NCBI RefSeq assembly: GCF_021028975.2 | Contig: NC_059439.1 | Span: 23,002,001-23,066,000 of the forward strand | Direction of reading: 5' to 3' | DNA from: Sphaerodactylus townsendi | Lineage: Eukaryota | Length of the DNA: 64,000 nucleotides | Part shown: in pieces, positions 51,019 through 63,755 of the stretch | Layout: each line of letters opens with the position of its first letter | Numbering within the stretch: position 1 is the stretch's first letter | Made by a program: the position numbers and the translations under genes | The notes under the pieces: generated by a model | Database searches by the model: none | Seen by the model: only the letters and a program-made list of their open reading frames with translations | Told to the model about the DNA's origin: nothing

Positions 51019-51506
51019 GAGTGGCTTCCTATTTCAGCAGCGTGTGATCCAGGAAATGACCTTGGTTTTTTTTAGGGGGGTGTTGGGAAACAGGCTACAA
51101 TACCTGCTATCACAGATATGTTGATATAAATGCAATTTAAAGGGTTTTAACAAAGCCCTTTATCTTGTAATATGGATATAATTAAATCTGTGCCTTTAAG
51201 AAAAGTTGATAGGCAGAGTTAAGAAAACCAGGAAAATCTGCAGAAGCCCTTTGAGACTAACAAGCTAGCTTTCCAGCAGCTCCTCGTGTTTAAATAGAAA
51301 AATGTGAGGAGACTCCACTGCAAGCCCATTGCGCACTAAAGAGCCCATAAAGAGCCCCATTCTATTCGTAATGAGTCTGAGAACTCTCTCACTCCATGTA
51401 CTTGACAATATGTTTGTTGTGGGGAGGGGAAGAGAAGGTGATTTTAAGTCCCTTAGAGAATCCTTTAGGGCACAGAAAACCAGGTATAAATACCAACTGT
51501 TCTTTA

Positions 51507-52460
51507 TCAACATTTCATAGAAATCCCACATTTTTTTACAACTCTTCTTAAAGCTTTTTTAACTTCTTTGTTTTTTAGGCTATAGATAAGGGGATTAATT
51601 AGAGGAGTTAATATTGTGTAGAAGACTGAGAATATCTTGTCTACTTCATTCAGAGCTTCTTTTTTTGGTAGCACATATACAAATATCAATGAACCATAAA
51701 ATATAGAAACTACAATCAGGTGGGAAGAACAGGTGGAAAAGGCTTTTTTCCTCCCATTTGAAGATGGGATTTGTACAATGGCAGCAATTATGCACATGTA
51801 AGAAAGCAAAGTCAGAAGACACGGTGGAACCGTATCTATGACAGAGACTGTGAGTCCCACCAATGTCACCAGAGTTGTGTCACTGCATGCAAGGTTAATT
51901 ACTGGGGCTAGTTCACAAAAGAAATGATTAATTTCATGGGGACCACAAAATTTCAGTTGTGACATCAAACTCACTACTAAAGTCATAACTGCTATCCCCC
52001 AAAGCCAAGATGCAGCTGACAACACAAAGCAGAGTCTTCTGCTCATGAGGGTTGCATACTGGAGGGGCTTGCATATTGCCAAACACCGATCATATGCCAT
52101 TGACGCCAGTAGATATATTTCTGCGATCAGGAGCATACCAAAACAATAAAACTGTATGAAGCAGCCCCCAACAGAAATGCTTCTGTCCCCTGTCAAAAAG
52201 CTGGCCAACATCCTGGGCAGAAGTGTTGAACTATAGAAGGTCTCCAAACAGGACAAGTTTCCAAGGAAGAAGTACATGGGGATGTGAAGGTGATGATCCA
52301 GTATTACTAACACAATGATGATGATGTTTCCAGCTAGGGTCACAATGAAGATTATTAGGAAAAGCAAGAAGAGAGGAGTCTGAAGCTCAGGGGTGTTCCC
52401 AAATCCCAGAAGAATAAATGCGTCTATTGTTGTTTCATTGAAGTTCTCAATATGTTTCAT
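51507..52460 (-). CDS. Olfactory receptor, OR6/OR11-like, 317 aa
   Basis: NET, LHIPMYFFLGNLS, MAYDRCLAICKPLQY, KAFSTCSSHL, PLINPLIYSLKNKEVK; acceptor ctgtctttcag at 52472. Confidence 0.96.
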   Translation of the reverse strand: MKHIENFNETTIDAFILLGFGNTPELQTPLFLLFLIIFIVTLAGNIIIIVLVILDHHLHIPMYFFLGNLSCLETFYSSTLLPRMLASFLTGDRSISVGGCFIQFYCFGMLLIAEIYLLASMAYDRCLAICKPLQYATLMSRRLCFVLSAASWLWGIAVMTLVVSLMSQLKFCGPHEINHFFCELAPVINLACSDTTLVTLVGLTVSVIDTVPPCLLTLLSYMCIIAAIVQIPSSNGRKKAFSTCSSHLIVVSIFYGSLIFVYVLPKKEALNEVDKIFSVFYTILTPLINPLIYSLKNKEVKKALRRVVKKCGISMKC

Positions 52461-53896
52461 ATTTTCATTGACTGAAAGACAGTTTGAAAAACCATAAAGT
52501 CTTCAAGTGAAAGATCAAAGCATGGAAGTTATTACATGTTTGCATATAACTGGACAGCTTCCATCCCACAATCAACGTTCAGATTCATAAAATGCTACCA
52601 CGTGTTTTACATGGGCATTGGGAAAGTACCTCGAGGGCCTTTTTGCCATTATGAAGTTAATTGTGCACCTGTTACCTCATCTAACAGGCAATTCCATTAT
52701 TACTTGATGACAACATTAAATAAGGATTATGCAATCCATTTTTGGGGCTGAGCAATAAGATGGTTAACTGACACTGTTCATATATTTATTTATTATTCTT
52801 CATTGGGCTTACATCCCTTCCTTCTCTTTCATTTTATCCTAATAGCAGCCTTGTGTGGCAGGTTATGACAGCGTGGCTGATTTTGTCCAAGCAGTTTCCT
52901 AGTCTGTAAGAATTTCCTAAACCTAGGAATCCCCGTGATCTACAATCCTATTATCCTTTTGAGGAAAACAGCTGTCTTCTGCTTCAATAGAGCATGATGC
53001 TCATTCCAATTGGTCGTGGAAAATTTCTGAATAGTAACTGAGTAACTAAATACTCATTTACATATGATGACACAAGCTAAATGGCAGTTGAGAGTACAAG
53101 CGCTGGGTTGGATCCAGACTGCATTGGCAATTGCCACCAGATCTACCTTCCCCTTCCATGTCCTTCTTATGCCATTCCTTCGGTCCCTTGGGCTGATTCT
53201 GCATGGGCCAAAGACAGCAGTGTGAAAATGGTGTGAAAGGGTTTAAAATGGTATAAAAGGGTTTATGCTGTTTTCACACCGTTTTCACACCACTGTTTTT
53301 GGCCCATGCGGAATCAGCCTTATTCTCCAGGAGCAACATTTCATGGAGATTTCTGGCCTAAAGTTGGAGATATGAGGCAGAAGCTTTCAGTCGTGGATCC
53401 GACCCATCATTGCTTCACCAGTAGGATGCATCCAACTTTTCATTCCACTTCAGATGGTTGCCTATTTCAGGCCCATGACTCAAAAATGCAACCAATGCAG
53501 GTCCGATGATTTCTTTATGTACTCTGTTCAGGTAGCCCCTGCTGCCCCCTTTCTTCTCTGCCCCCCTCATCTCGATCCCCTGGGAACAAGCAGCTGGGCC
53601 AGGAGACCAGGCGGCCCCCCGCACCATGCCAGGCAGCAGGGCAGAGGGCATAAAGTATGTATTCTTTTTGATGATCAAAGGGGAGTTTTCTTCCCTTTTC
53701 TAGCAGCAAAAAATGGATCTAGCCCCATGTGAAAAATGTCAGGGCCATGTGGAATTTCTAAGTTAGTTTACAAACTAGGGATAGAATGGAAACTCACTCA
53801 AATGTTATCTCCTCTCAAAGGTAGCAGATGGTCTTCAAAATAATCCCTTTGTTTTGTTTCTTGCATGTGCTGGTACCAGGCAAGTAATGGTTCTTA

Positions 53897-53914
53897 AACA
53901 CACACACACACACA

Positions 53915-53971
<57 letters not shown>
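53897..53971. repeat. (CA)n microsatellite
   Basis: Direct. Confidence 0.95.
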
Positions 53972-53976
<5 letters not shown>

Positions 53977-54604
53977 ACTATTATAATACATTGCCCTTCC
54001 GCACAAACACACACATTTTGAAGCTAAAGGTTTCATAAGAAAGTTCAATTAGGATTATTCAATAATGTCTACTTTTGAGTGAATTTGGGCATGAATTGGA
54101 AAGTGGGTCATCACACAGACTTTGGGTCCAGTTTAGGGTACAAGTGATTAGCATGGTAGCAATCACTTTTTATGGATAACTGAAGGTTTTTTTTCTTTGG
54201 AGGAAGTCCCATTCTGCCAACTGGAAGACTCAGTTTGGTGGAATACTTTTCACAATATAAGGCCACTGGAGCCAGCTGTATATATTTCCCCAGAAGAACT
54301 CTTTGTGAATCACACAATCTTTAAGCGGAAACAATAAGGCATTCAATAAAATGATTGCTGTGTCATCAGAATTATATCTTGTTCTATATATTACATATAT
54401 CTAGATCTGAGGAGGGTTTATCGGATGCCTTTTCTTGTATTAATTGCTGTTTTTAATGGAATTTTAGTAAGTCTTAATGATTATTTAAATGGATGGAGCC
54501 TATGTATTTTGTTGTTGTGGATTTGTATGGTTTGCTCCCCTATTTAATATTGTATTGATTTTATGTTGTACGCCGCCCGGAGCGGGCTGTATAGAAATAT
54601 AAAT

Positions 54605-54683
54605 AAATGAATGAATGAATGAATGAATGAATGAATGAATGAATGAATGAATGAATGAATGAATGAATGAATGAATGAATGAA
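54605..54683. repeat. (ATGA)n microsatellite, probable LINE tail
   Basis: Direct; follows a LINE-3'-like segment (tgtacgccgcccggagc). Confidence 0.9.
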
Positions 54684-54741
54684 TAATATAGCTATAGATA
54701 TATAGATATATTTTAAAAACAAGAAAACAAAAACCTTTTAC

Positions 54742-55090
54742 CATGAATCATCAGGTGACATCACTGAAGAATAGTGGAGAGGTAGATTCATATAACTGCT
54801 GCACACTTGCCTAGCTATTACGCAGAACGTCTAAGATTTCCTTATGGAGTCAGTCAAATGTTGCCAATTCACAAGGTTCTCTGCATCACACAAAAGAAGC
54901 TTTATAAAGGGGAGCAACAGACTGTCTACAAAGAGCAACCTCTTGATACATTAAAGAGGGAATTTTAGAACAATTAGCAAAATTCCCCATCTGAAACATG
55001 TGATGCAATGCTCACAGAGGCTTCAAAACAGCCCTGTTTGTTATTTGGAACCTTTATACAGAAAACCTATGTGCCACCTCCCCAGAGACC
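54742..55090 (-). promoter_or_regulatory. Predicted first exon and promoter of the 51507 OR
   Basis: Block conserved with 61190-61530; donor CATG|GTAAAA; TATA-like TTTATAAA (54901-54908); homeodomain site CTAATTG (54971-54977); O/E-like TCCCCAGAGA (55079-55088). Confidence 0.55.
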
Positions 55091-57065
55091 TCGTTGAGTG
55101 AGCTGTAGCAAGTGAATTGCCTTGATTACAGGGAGATTCATATTTTTTTCAAGTACAATTAAAATGTTCTTTTTCTTCTTCTGATTAAAAAAAGTACCAC
55201 CAAAGGCAACAGTTCCTAGTGCAAAAAAACCCATGAAGGAAATATAACACAATGGTGGTATCTGCACAGCACACTAATAACATGGGTAACATATTATCAA
55301 TGAACTCAGTTTCCCAAGTTTGCCTTCAGTGGAAGGCCCATTCCGCACACACAGAATAATGCATTTTCAAACCACTTTCACAACTGATTTTGCTATTCCA
55401 CACAGCTTCAAAGGGCATTGAAAGCAGTTTGAAAGTGCATTATTCTGCATGTGCGGAAGGAGCCGAAGTTTCACCTCTCCAGGAAATGATTGCAAACAGT
55501 CTGGGTTGCTGTGGCCCCTTTGGTTTCTCCAAAGAATGCTCGATTAATGATTTTTGAAAAACTCAGGTTGTGGGAAATGTAACAAGCTGAATCCATTTTG
55601 GGGAAGAGCCCTGTTCAAAGTTCTTCCCCAAAAGGGGATAAATAGCTTCCTCACCACACTATATCTGGGCTGTGCTGAAACCACCTATGTGAATGATGAA
55701 GTCTCTAAGGTGGTCTCTAAGGTGATACTGGATGTCAATCAATCACACAGCTACCCTCATGAAAGTATGCTAATGAGTATGATGTTCAGTTTTTTAAAAG
55801 ATATCAGCACAGTATTACCACAACCAATAATAGTGTTATGTAGTAGTTAAGAGTGATGGACTCTATCTGGAGAACAGGGTTTGATTCCCCACTCCTCTTC
55901 ATGAGTGGTGAACTCTATACTGGAGATCCAGGTTTGATTCTGTGCTCTTCCACATGAAGTCTGCTGGCTGACCTTGGGCCAGGACCAAAAAGTTAAAATA
56001 GATAAAAGCCACTAAATTAAAAACTGTTGTATAGCAAAAACACTTTTGCATTTGTTCAAATTAAAATGATCCCATCGTAGCGGATGGCCCATGATAGCAT
56101 TCCTTATATGTATAAAGTCACAATGAATTAACACAAAAAGATCTTATGCCCTACTTTATTACCTGAAACCTAATGTGTTTCGGCCCACTGGCTTTCTTCA
56201 GTGTGATAATACAATATGTATGCTACCCGACTATAAGTACAAATGTATCATTTAAATGACTGAGATCAAGCAGTTGCACACCATTGGCACCGAGCTCTTC
56301 AACATGAAGCCAATGTCTACTCAAAAGGTATAATACAGTGTGTCAATCATGCTAGTCATACCAAGTTCTGTTATGGCAGTATCTTTTAATATCTCAGTCA
56401 GAGGAAATGATGGAACAAACTCTCAGGATGGTGTGTCTGGTATCCTCATTCATTTTCAGAGCATAGTTGAAGACAGTTTTATTTAGGATTACACTTGATT
56501 TATTGATTTTTTTAAAAAAAACTGACAGCCCTAGTTTTTAAATTGTTGTCTTTTAATGATTTTATATATGTATATATGTTTTATAGGGTTTTTTGCAACA
56601 ATGTTTTATTTATATTGGAAACTGTCTTGTGTTCTGTAAAAGAGAAAGGCAGCAAATATGGTAAATGCTTTACATGAAATACACAGATAACATTTACAGT
56701 GAGTGTTTTTTACTTGAGTCTACAATTATAGCCTGGGAGAGCCATGGAGGTATGCTGAGTGTCCTTGAGCTAGCCTTGCTCTTTTACCCTAATTCATTTC
56801 ACAGGGCTGTTATTTTGAATATAAATATGGAGGGAATATTCAGATGAGACTGTTTTCATTAGGACAGAGGAGCTGCCACCTGCTCTTTCCCCCTGCTTAA
56901 CTAAATGTTACAGTCCAGGCTCTCTGGAATCAACTCTCTTCCCCCATAGCCAAAAGAAGCTTTAGGAACTGTCTGCTTAAAATTTAAGAGGAGCCCAATT
57001 GAGCTGAATCACTCTTCCATCATGGGAAGAAGCCCTAATGCCTTTCTTTACACACTACAAACAGA

Positions 57066-57504
57066 GGCCACTTCTGCACGGCCATGCTGGAGGTTGGGTT
57101 GGCATACATGACACCGACCCAACCCCCCCGGGACCATTCGCACGAATGGTCCCAGTTACAACAGGGAAGACGGTGCTGTGCTGCACTGTCACCCGATCGA
57201 CTTACCTTCCCTGCGACCTTCCGGTGCATCACCGAGGCCAGGGGAAATGCCCCCCCTGCCCAGCGCGACCGCTCCGGAGTCGCAGGGCAGGGGGGCATGT
57301 CCCCAGGCCTCGGTGACGCGCCGGAAGGTCGCAGGGAAGGTAAGTCAATCGGGAAAGGGGGGATAGTGCCTTCCAGCCGCTGCTGTTCACACGGCAGCAG
57401 CTGGAAGCCGCCATTTTCCAAAAACCTCGCCATGCGAACATCTCCCTAGGGATGGCGTTTTTGCCGTCCCGAGGTCGCTGTAAATGGCCCGTGCAGAAAG
57501 GGCC
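57066..57504. mobile_element. Harbinger-type MITE with long internal hairpin
   Basis: TIRs ggccacttctgcacgg / ccgtgcagaaagggcc; TSD aga; inverted arms across ~57195-57352. Confidence 0.85.
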
Positions 57505-58171
57505 AGAGTGAGTGGGTAATTCCCCTCTTCTTAACTGCTCCATGTGCATAGAATAATATCCTGTGATAAATACACAATTTTGCAGTAGAATAATTAATTC
57601 TCAAAGGAAAACATGAATGCAGGAAATAAATCTTTATGTAATGGCGTGGGTAGAGAATGTTCCCTGTTGGCTACAATTGTTGATAAGTATTTAGAGGTTT
57701 GGGGGCATCTTCACTATTCATACAAGCACAATGTTTACAATAAAAGTAAGCATCAGCTATTTTTCTCTTTGAGCAAATAATAAAGTATTTGCTGTCCCAG
57801 TTACCATTTCGTGACTGTTGTCTATTGGATATATGGTCTATATTTCAAAACCACTAATGAATATTTGTCTGATGAATGTCAAATATTGTTTCAAAAAGTA
57901 ACTAAAATACACACAACATATTCCTATTAATATGGTGTTTGCAGTTGTTTTATCTATTCGTGGATGAATCAACAGCAGTATAAAAAGGATTTTGGAAGAA
58001 GTTGGATTTTTCTATTGCTCTTGATGCAATTCATAACGCCTCCAGCTGAATACTAAATGATGCAAATAGAATGGAGATAATTACAGAACTATTACAAGGA
58101 CAAGAAATTGCTCTATTCTGTAGATTTTATTATCAAATAGTTTGATTTAATTAGGCTACCTCTCTAACAAA

Positions 58172-59119
58172 TCACTTAGAATTCCTATATTTATTTACAA
58201 GTCTCCTTAAAGCTTTTTTAATCTCTTTGTTTCTTAGACTATAGATAAGGGGATTGATTAGAGGGGTTAAGACTGTATAGAAGACTGAGAAGAACTTGTC
58301 AACATCTCTCAGAACATCTTTTTTTGGTAATGCATATACAAATATCAGTGAACCATAAAATATGGAAACTACAGTAAGGTGAGAAGAACAGGTGGAAAAG
58401 GCCTTTTTTCTCCCATCAGAAGAAGGGATTTGTACAATGGCAGCAATTATACACACATAAGACAGCAAGGTCAGAAGAAAAGGGGGAATAGTGTCGATGA
58501 CAGAGGCTGTGAATGCCACCAGTGTCACCAGAGTTGTGTCACTGCATGATAGATTAATCACTGGTGCAAGATCACAAAGGAAATGGTCAATTTCATGGGG
58601 ACCACAATATTTCAGCCGGGACATCAGACCCGTTACTAAAGTCATAACTGCTATCCCACAAAGCCAAGATGCAGCTGACATCACAAAGCAGAGTCTTCTG
58701 CTCATTAGAATTGTATATTGGAGGGGCTTGCATATTGCCAAGTACCGATCATATGACATTGATGCCAGAAGGTAGATTTCTACAAGCAGAAATGTACCAA
58801 AACAATAAAACTGTATGAAGCAGCCCCCAACTGAAATAGTTCTGTCCCCTGTCAGGAAGCTGGCCAACATCCTGGGCAGAAATGTTGAACTATAGAAGGT
58901 CTCCACACAGGACAGGTTTCCAAGGAAGAAGTACATAGGGATGTGAAGGTGATGATCCAGGGTTACTAACACAATGATGGTGATGTTTCCAGCCAGGGAC
59001 ATGCCGTAGATTATTACGAAAACCAAGAAGAGAGGAATCTGAAGCTCAGGGGCATTTCCAAATCCCAGAAGAATAAATGTAGTTATTGTTGTTTCATTGA
59101 TTGTCTGGACATGTTCCAT
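58172..59119 (-). CDS. Olfactory receptor, OR6/OR11-like, 315 aa from the first ATG (paralogue of 51507)
   Basis: All OR motifs present. The ORF-track start at 59131 is a GTG spanning the acceptor cag|tg. Confidence 0.96.
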   Translation of the reverse strand: MEHVQTINETTITTFILLGFGNAPELQIPLFLVFVIIYGMSLAGNITIIVLVTLDHHLHIPMYFFLGNLSCVETFYSSTFLPRMLASFLTGDRTISVGGCFIQFYCFGTFLLVEIYLLASMSYDRYLAICKPLQYTILMSRRLCFVMSAASWLCGIAVMTLVTGLMSRLKYCGPHEIDHFLCDLAPVINLSCSDTTLVTLVAFTASVIDTIPPFLLTLLSYVCIIAAIVQIPSSDGRKKAFSTCSSHLTVVSIFYGSLIFVYALPKKDVLRDVDKFFSVFYTVLTPLINPLIYSLRNKEIKKALRRLVNKYRNSK

Positions 59120-59939
59120 ATTTTCAATCACTGAAAAAGAATTTCAAAAACCATGAGGTCTACAAGTGAAAGATCCAAAGCCTAAAAGTATTGGACACTT
59201 GAATATAATTTGGCCACCTCTTTCCCCTAATAAATACTCAGATTTATAAAATGGTATCGTGCTTTATCTGGGCATGGGGATTCTACTTCAAAGACCTTTT
59301 TCTCTTATGAAGTTTATTATGCACATATTACATCATCTACATTATGGTTATTTGATGACAACATCAATCTATTCTTAGGACTGAACCACAAGTTGGCTAG
59401 CAGGCACCATTCTTTTCTCTCTTTTTAAAAACTTCATTGGGCATATATTGTTTGCTTTATTTTATCCCTGTGTGGTGTGTTAAGCTGATGTTTTGTGACT
59501 GATTTTTGCAAGCAAATTCCCAGTCTGGAAGTGTTTTCTAGAGGAGTGGAGTCAAAGACTAAGACATCCTCTGATTCACACTTCTACAGCTGTGCTGCCG
59601 CTGTTTCCTCTATTCTGTCTCAAGCATTACATAATACTCACCCCCAACTGGTCATGGAAATAATCTGAATAGAAAAGAATGTCTGAATACACAAGCTAAA
59701 TGATTTGTAAGAGTAGGAGTAGTAGATTGGATCCAGACTAGATTGGCCATTACATTATATTTTCCTCTTCAACACACCCTTCATCCCATTCCTTACAATC
59801 TTTATCCTTTAGGAAAAGCATTTCATGGAGATTGGTGACCTATAGTGAAAGACAGAAAAGTTCTAGTCTGCTGTTGGAAAACGTAGTCTGGCATCCACCA
59901 ATCATTGTTTCATAAGCGGGATGCATCCAACTTTTCATT

Positions 59940-60530
59940 CAACCAATACAAATACATAAACCTTTATTGGCATTTAAAAGGGATTTGGAAAGAGTTCAGA
60001 ACTACAAAATCACAATGTGCCATCTGTATTTAACACTTAAAATGGTGCTATATAGGCTTCATTAATTTCCTTTGCTCACTGCAGGAACGTAGCAACTAAA
60101 TCTATTATATCCCTGTCCTGAGCAGCTTTGTCTGATTGCCACTCCTTGCCAATACGAAATTGATATGCTTGGATCAAAGTATCTAATAAAAGGGGTAGTA
60201 CAGAAGGTCATGCATAACCTACATACTTCTGGCCACAAAGGCATAATCTAGCTACAAGTGGTATTTTCTGTGTGTGGAAACTTATATATGGCAATCAAGC
60301 CGTCAGCTGTGTAGAAAAATCGTAAGTCCTCGCTAATATGTATGCATGCCTTTAAGGGAATACAAAATCGTAATATTACTCTTGTAGGTCAAATTATCAA
60401 ATAAAAGGTGTAGTGCAGAAGGTCATGCATAACCAATTCTACATAGTTCTAGTCACAAAGGCATAATCTAGCTACAAGTGGTATTTTCTGGTATCTCCCA
60501 TATACAATTGCCTTCAGTAGCACATTGAGT
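59940..60530 (-). mobile_element. LINE 3' fragment with internal ~80-bp duplication
   Basis: Minus strand atgcccaataaaggttta followed by a (ttgta)n-like tail; 60190-60270 ~ 60405-60490. Confidence 0.5.
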
Positions 60531-61189
60531 CTTGCTATCATGTACACCCTGTGTTGTTGTGGGTCAATGAGGTGGGAGAGATAGTCACCTGTGGTTGTGT
60601 ACCCTCCCTAGACTCACACAGATGCTATTCTTGCCTGGACTGCTAAATTCATGAAGTTCGTGGTCTAGCAATCTGCATTTAATTATGCCAAACACCAATT
60701 TTTCAATAGAGAGAGTCTAATGAGATTCCCATTTGTTTAATTCTGTATTCAATCCTTCTTAACCATCCTAATGATTGACAATTAACTAGAATAACTTCTC
60801 CACACAAACACCCACATCCTGGAATGAAGTCTCAGGTTTCCTAAGGTTATTAAATCTTAGAATTATTAAATAACATCTACTTTTGTGTGAATTTGGGATT
60901 GAATTGGAAAGTGGGCCCTTTTTGCAGGGTACAATCTACACCACAAATGATTAACATGGTAATAATCCCTGTTCATAGATAAATGTGGCTTTCTTTCTGA
61001 CATAGCCCCCTTTCCTCCAAATGGAAGACTCTTAATTTGGTGTAATATTTTTTTCTCACAATATATGTGCATCGTTGAATAGAACTGTATGTATTTTTCC
61101 CCAGAAGTACTTTTTAAGAATCACACCATCTTAAGCTAGGGGAAAAGCACATCAAATAAGATGTATGAATAGTAATTAAAATATATTAC

Positions 61190-61530
61190 CTTTACTCATC
61201 AGGTGGCATCGACAAAGAATGCTTTAGAGTTATATCCACATAACTGCTGCACACTTGCCCAGCTACTGTGTGGAATGAATAACATTTCCTTTGGAGACAA
61301 ATGTTGCCACTTCACAAGGCCTCCCCTATTACAAGAAGGGGATTTATATAGGGAAGCGAGAGACTGCATACAGAAAGAAACCTCTTGATACTTTAAAGAA
61401 TTTTTAGAACAATTAGCAAATTCCCCATCTAAAACATGTGATGAAATACTAATTAAGGATTGAAAATACTTTTATCTATTATTTGGAACCTTTACCTAGA
61501 AATTTTAGGTCCCTTCTCTCCAGATACCTC
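61190..61530 (-). promoter_or_regulatory. Predicted first exon and promoter of the 58172 OR
   Basis: Donor AAAG|GTAATA; TATA box CCCTATATAAAT (61342-61353); CTAATTG (61410-61416). Confidence 0.55.
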
Positions 61531-63229
61531 TTTTAGTTAACTTTAGCAAGTGATTTTTTTACTGATAAGGAGATACAGAATTTTTTGATAAAAAACAACA
61601 AGTGAGTATTCAAAGGAAACAGCTAATCATGAAAACAGAAATTAAGCTGATGGAAATACAACTGTAAGGCTCATTCCGCACATGCAGAATAATGCACTTT
61701 CAAACTGCTTTCAGTGCTCTTTGAAGCTGTGCGGAATGGCAAAATCCACTTGCAAACAGTTGTGAAAGTGGTTTGAAAATGCATTATTTTGATTGTGCGG
61801 AAGGGGCCGATACTAATTTTGAAGTGAGCTCTAACTCGTGAGAACTAATACCCCAGAAATCTTTTTACAACCCAATGCAGAGCAGGCTGGTGATGTGTGG
61901 GGATGGTTCCACTCTGGCACTGCCCCACCCATTCAAAAGGGCAGGGCAATTTACTCACCTTCCAGAGAATTCTTACGAACTTGGGACCTGATCTGTTGAT
62001 TGATAATTATTTGATGTGGCCACCTTATGCCATAAATTAATCTCATCAGAGTTAGCAGCCATCTTTCTTTTCTTTTTGTATATTTCACCTCTGCTTTGCT
62101 TGAAGAACTCTTCTTTGCGCTGAGGATTACTATCATATCTTCTAGTCAGTATTTCTTTTAATAAGTAAGTGTACTTTGTTATTTTATTGTGTTTCTGGAA
62201 ATGAACCTTGTGATGATGTGTTTACTGCCTGTTCTTTAGTTTTATTTTTTTATTTATTATTTAAATTTATAGACCACCCCATCCCCAAGGGGCTCTGGGC
62301 TCTATTATTTTACAATCTTTCTTTTCAATAAATAATAATAATAATAATAAATTGTTTTGTGTTTGAGTACTGGTTCAGAACCAAGAGCCTGACATTGCAA
62401 CCACACCAAAGGCCTTGATGGGACTTTGATACCAGTACCAGATACCAGTACAGTGAGTTACCATTACAGTGTGTTAATGAGTTATCCAATTAAGCACAAA
62501 CTGGAAAAGTTTCTTGTAACAGAAATGAAGAAATTCTCAATTTCAGTTAATTAAGGAAACTTGAGCAGTAGAGCCATGGGTGAGGGTCAGGCAGGTAAGC
62601 ACAAAATGCACAGTGGTACTGGAAGACACGCTGGAGCAGTTCTCACAAAAGGAGGTGAAGAAATGTTCCTTGAAAGGTCATAAATTATTTTACCCAACCT
62701 GGTCCCTTATCTAAACTCTAGCCTTGAGTTAAGGCTAAGTAGACAAGTTCACATCTATCTACTCAAAGGTAGAAGGGGTTGGATTGGGCAGGCTTCTATA
62801 ATGCTACATATCACAATGACAAACCTCACTACACAGGCAACAAATGACAGCCAGCTGCCCCCAAAAAGAAGGCAAAGATGATGGTTTAGTTTCTTGCTAC
62901 TCTCTTGCAGTAACCAGTACTACAGACTTATTTGAATAAGTGTCAAATATTGATTGAAAAAGCAACTGAAATACAATATATCCTTATTACTATCCTATGG
63001 TGTTTACAGTACTTTCATGGATGAATCAACAGCAGCAAAAAAACATTTTTTGAATAAATTAGATTTTTTTTCTTTTGCCCATATTCGATTCCATTATACA
63101 TTCACTAGACCAACTGAAAATCCAAGTATGTAAACAGAACTGAAAACATTACAGGAACAGAAATTGTTCCATACTGTAGATTTTATTCCAGACAAGTTTA
63201 ATATAATTACTGTATATCACCAACAAATT

Positions 63230-63755
63230 GTTTAGAAATGCCACATTTGTTCACAAGTCTCCTTAAAGCTTTTTTTTTAACCACTTCATTTCTTACACTA
63301 ATAGATAAGGGGATTAATTAGTGTTAACTCCACTAGATAACTAGATAAGAACTAGATAAGATATTTTCAGTTGTCTATACAGTCTTTGTATAGACAACTG
63401 AAAATATCTTATCTAGTTCTTTCAGAGCTTCCTTTTTTGGCAGGGCATATACAAATATTAATAAACAATGAAATATGGAAACTACAATGAGGTGGGAAGA
63501 ACAGGTTGAAAAGGCCTTTCTTCTCCCATCTGAAGATGGAATTTGTGCAATGGCACCAGTTATAAACATTTAAGGCAGCAAAGACAGAAGACAAGAAGCA
63601 ACAGCATCTATTACAGAGACTGTGAGTCCCAATAGTGTCACCAGAGTTGCGTCACTGCATAATAGGTTAATCACTGGTGTGAGGTCACAAAAGAACTGCT
63701 CAATTTCATGGGGACCACAGTATTTCAGCTCTGACATCAAACTCAATAGTAAAGT
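63230..63755 (-). pseudogene. OR6/11-like pseudogene (TM4 to C-terminus), third paralogue of 51507/58172
   Basis: KYCGPHEIEQFFCDL...LP*MFI...KAFSTCSSHL; in-frame stop, TM7 rearrangement, insertion at ~63756. Confidence 0.92.

Noticed and set aside
56000-56230. Penelope-like terminal repeat
   Set aside because: Only a short gtttcggcc...ttcttcag resemblance; too weak to call.
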